Notes under the pieces: model-generated
The model's input: the letters and a program-made list of their open reading frames with translations, nothing else
The model's database searches: none
Told to the model about the DNA's origin: nothing
Shown: positions 63,920 to 64,000 of the stretch, in pieces
Numbering within the stretch: the stretch's first letter is position 1
How the letters are laid out: the number at the start of each line of letters is the position of its first letter
Made by a program: the position numbers and the translations under genes
Assembly: GCA_900088475.1 (NCBI GenBank)
Contig: FLMG01000727.1
Location: 27,401-91,400 of the forward strand
DNA from: Hyphochytrium catenoides
Taxonomy: Eukaryota; Protista; Hyphochytriomycota
Length of the DNA: 64,000 bases
Direction: 5' to 3'

Positions 63920-64000
63920 AGGGTTACCCTCACTGTAAAACGACATCAGTAAAGTTTGGGTCAACTCTGAGGCAACATTGGGTAAACGTATGAAAGGACG

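Noticed and set aside
1-64000. tRNA, rRNA or snoRNA genes
   Set aside because: None recognised by eye. tRNAscan-SE and Infernal would be needed to exclude them.

Overview
This is eukaryotic genomic DNA with many short GT-AG introns, most likely from a stramenopile (inferred from a SKN1/KRE6-type GH16 gene and a C-x4-C-x10-C-x2-HGG repeat gene). It has two long N-gaps (about 17682-17801 and 51228-51339). Recognisable housekeeping genes are exportin-5-like, a Qa-SNARE syntaxin, an LRR/coiled-coil protein, a small Dpy-30/RIIa-type protein, DBR1, inositol monophosphatase, the GH16, ATAD1/Msp1, KIN17 and TMEM184. Two regions are accessory. About 29.3-39.9 kb holds lineage-specific duplicated and disrupted genes. 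About 59.2-64 kb holds intronless, stop- and frameshift-riddled ORF fragments in alternating orientation, followed by a modular tandem repeat. After repairing two +1 frameshifts and one TAG, the fragment at 61502-62040 follows my recollection of the C-terminal part of the African swine fever virus ssDNA-binding protein CP312R. That points to a decayed, rearranged asfarvirus-like (NCLDV) endogenous element. Other notable items are a Sel1-MYND-TPR-RING-Smr fusion protein and a syntaxin ending in a CaaX box instead of a transmembrane helix. All homology calls come from reading motifs by eye with no database search, and exon boundaries were traced by hand and are approximate.
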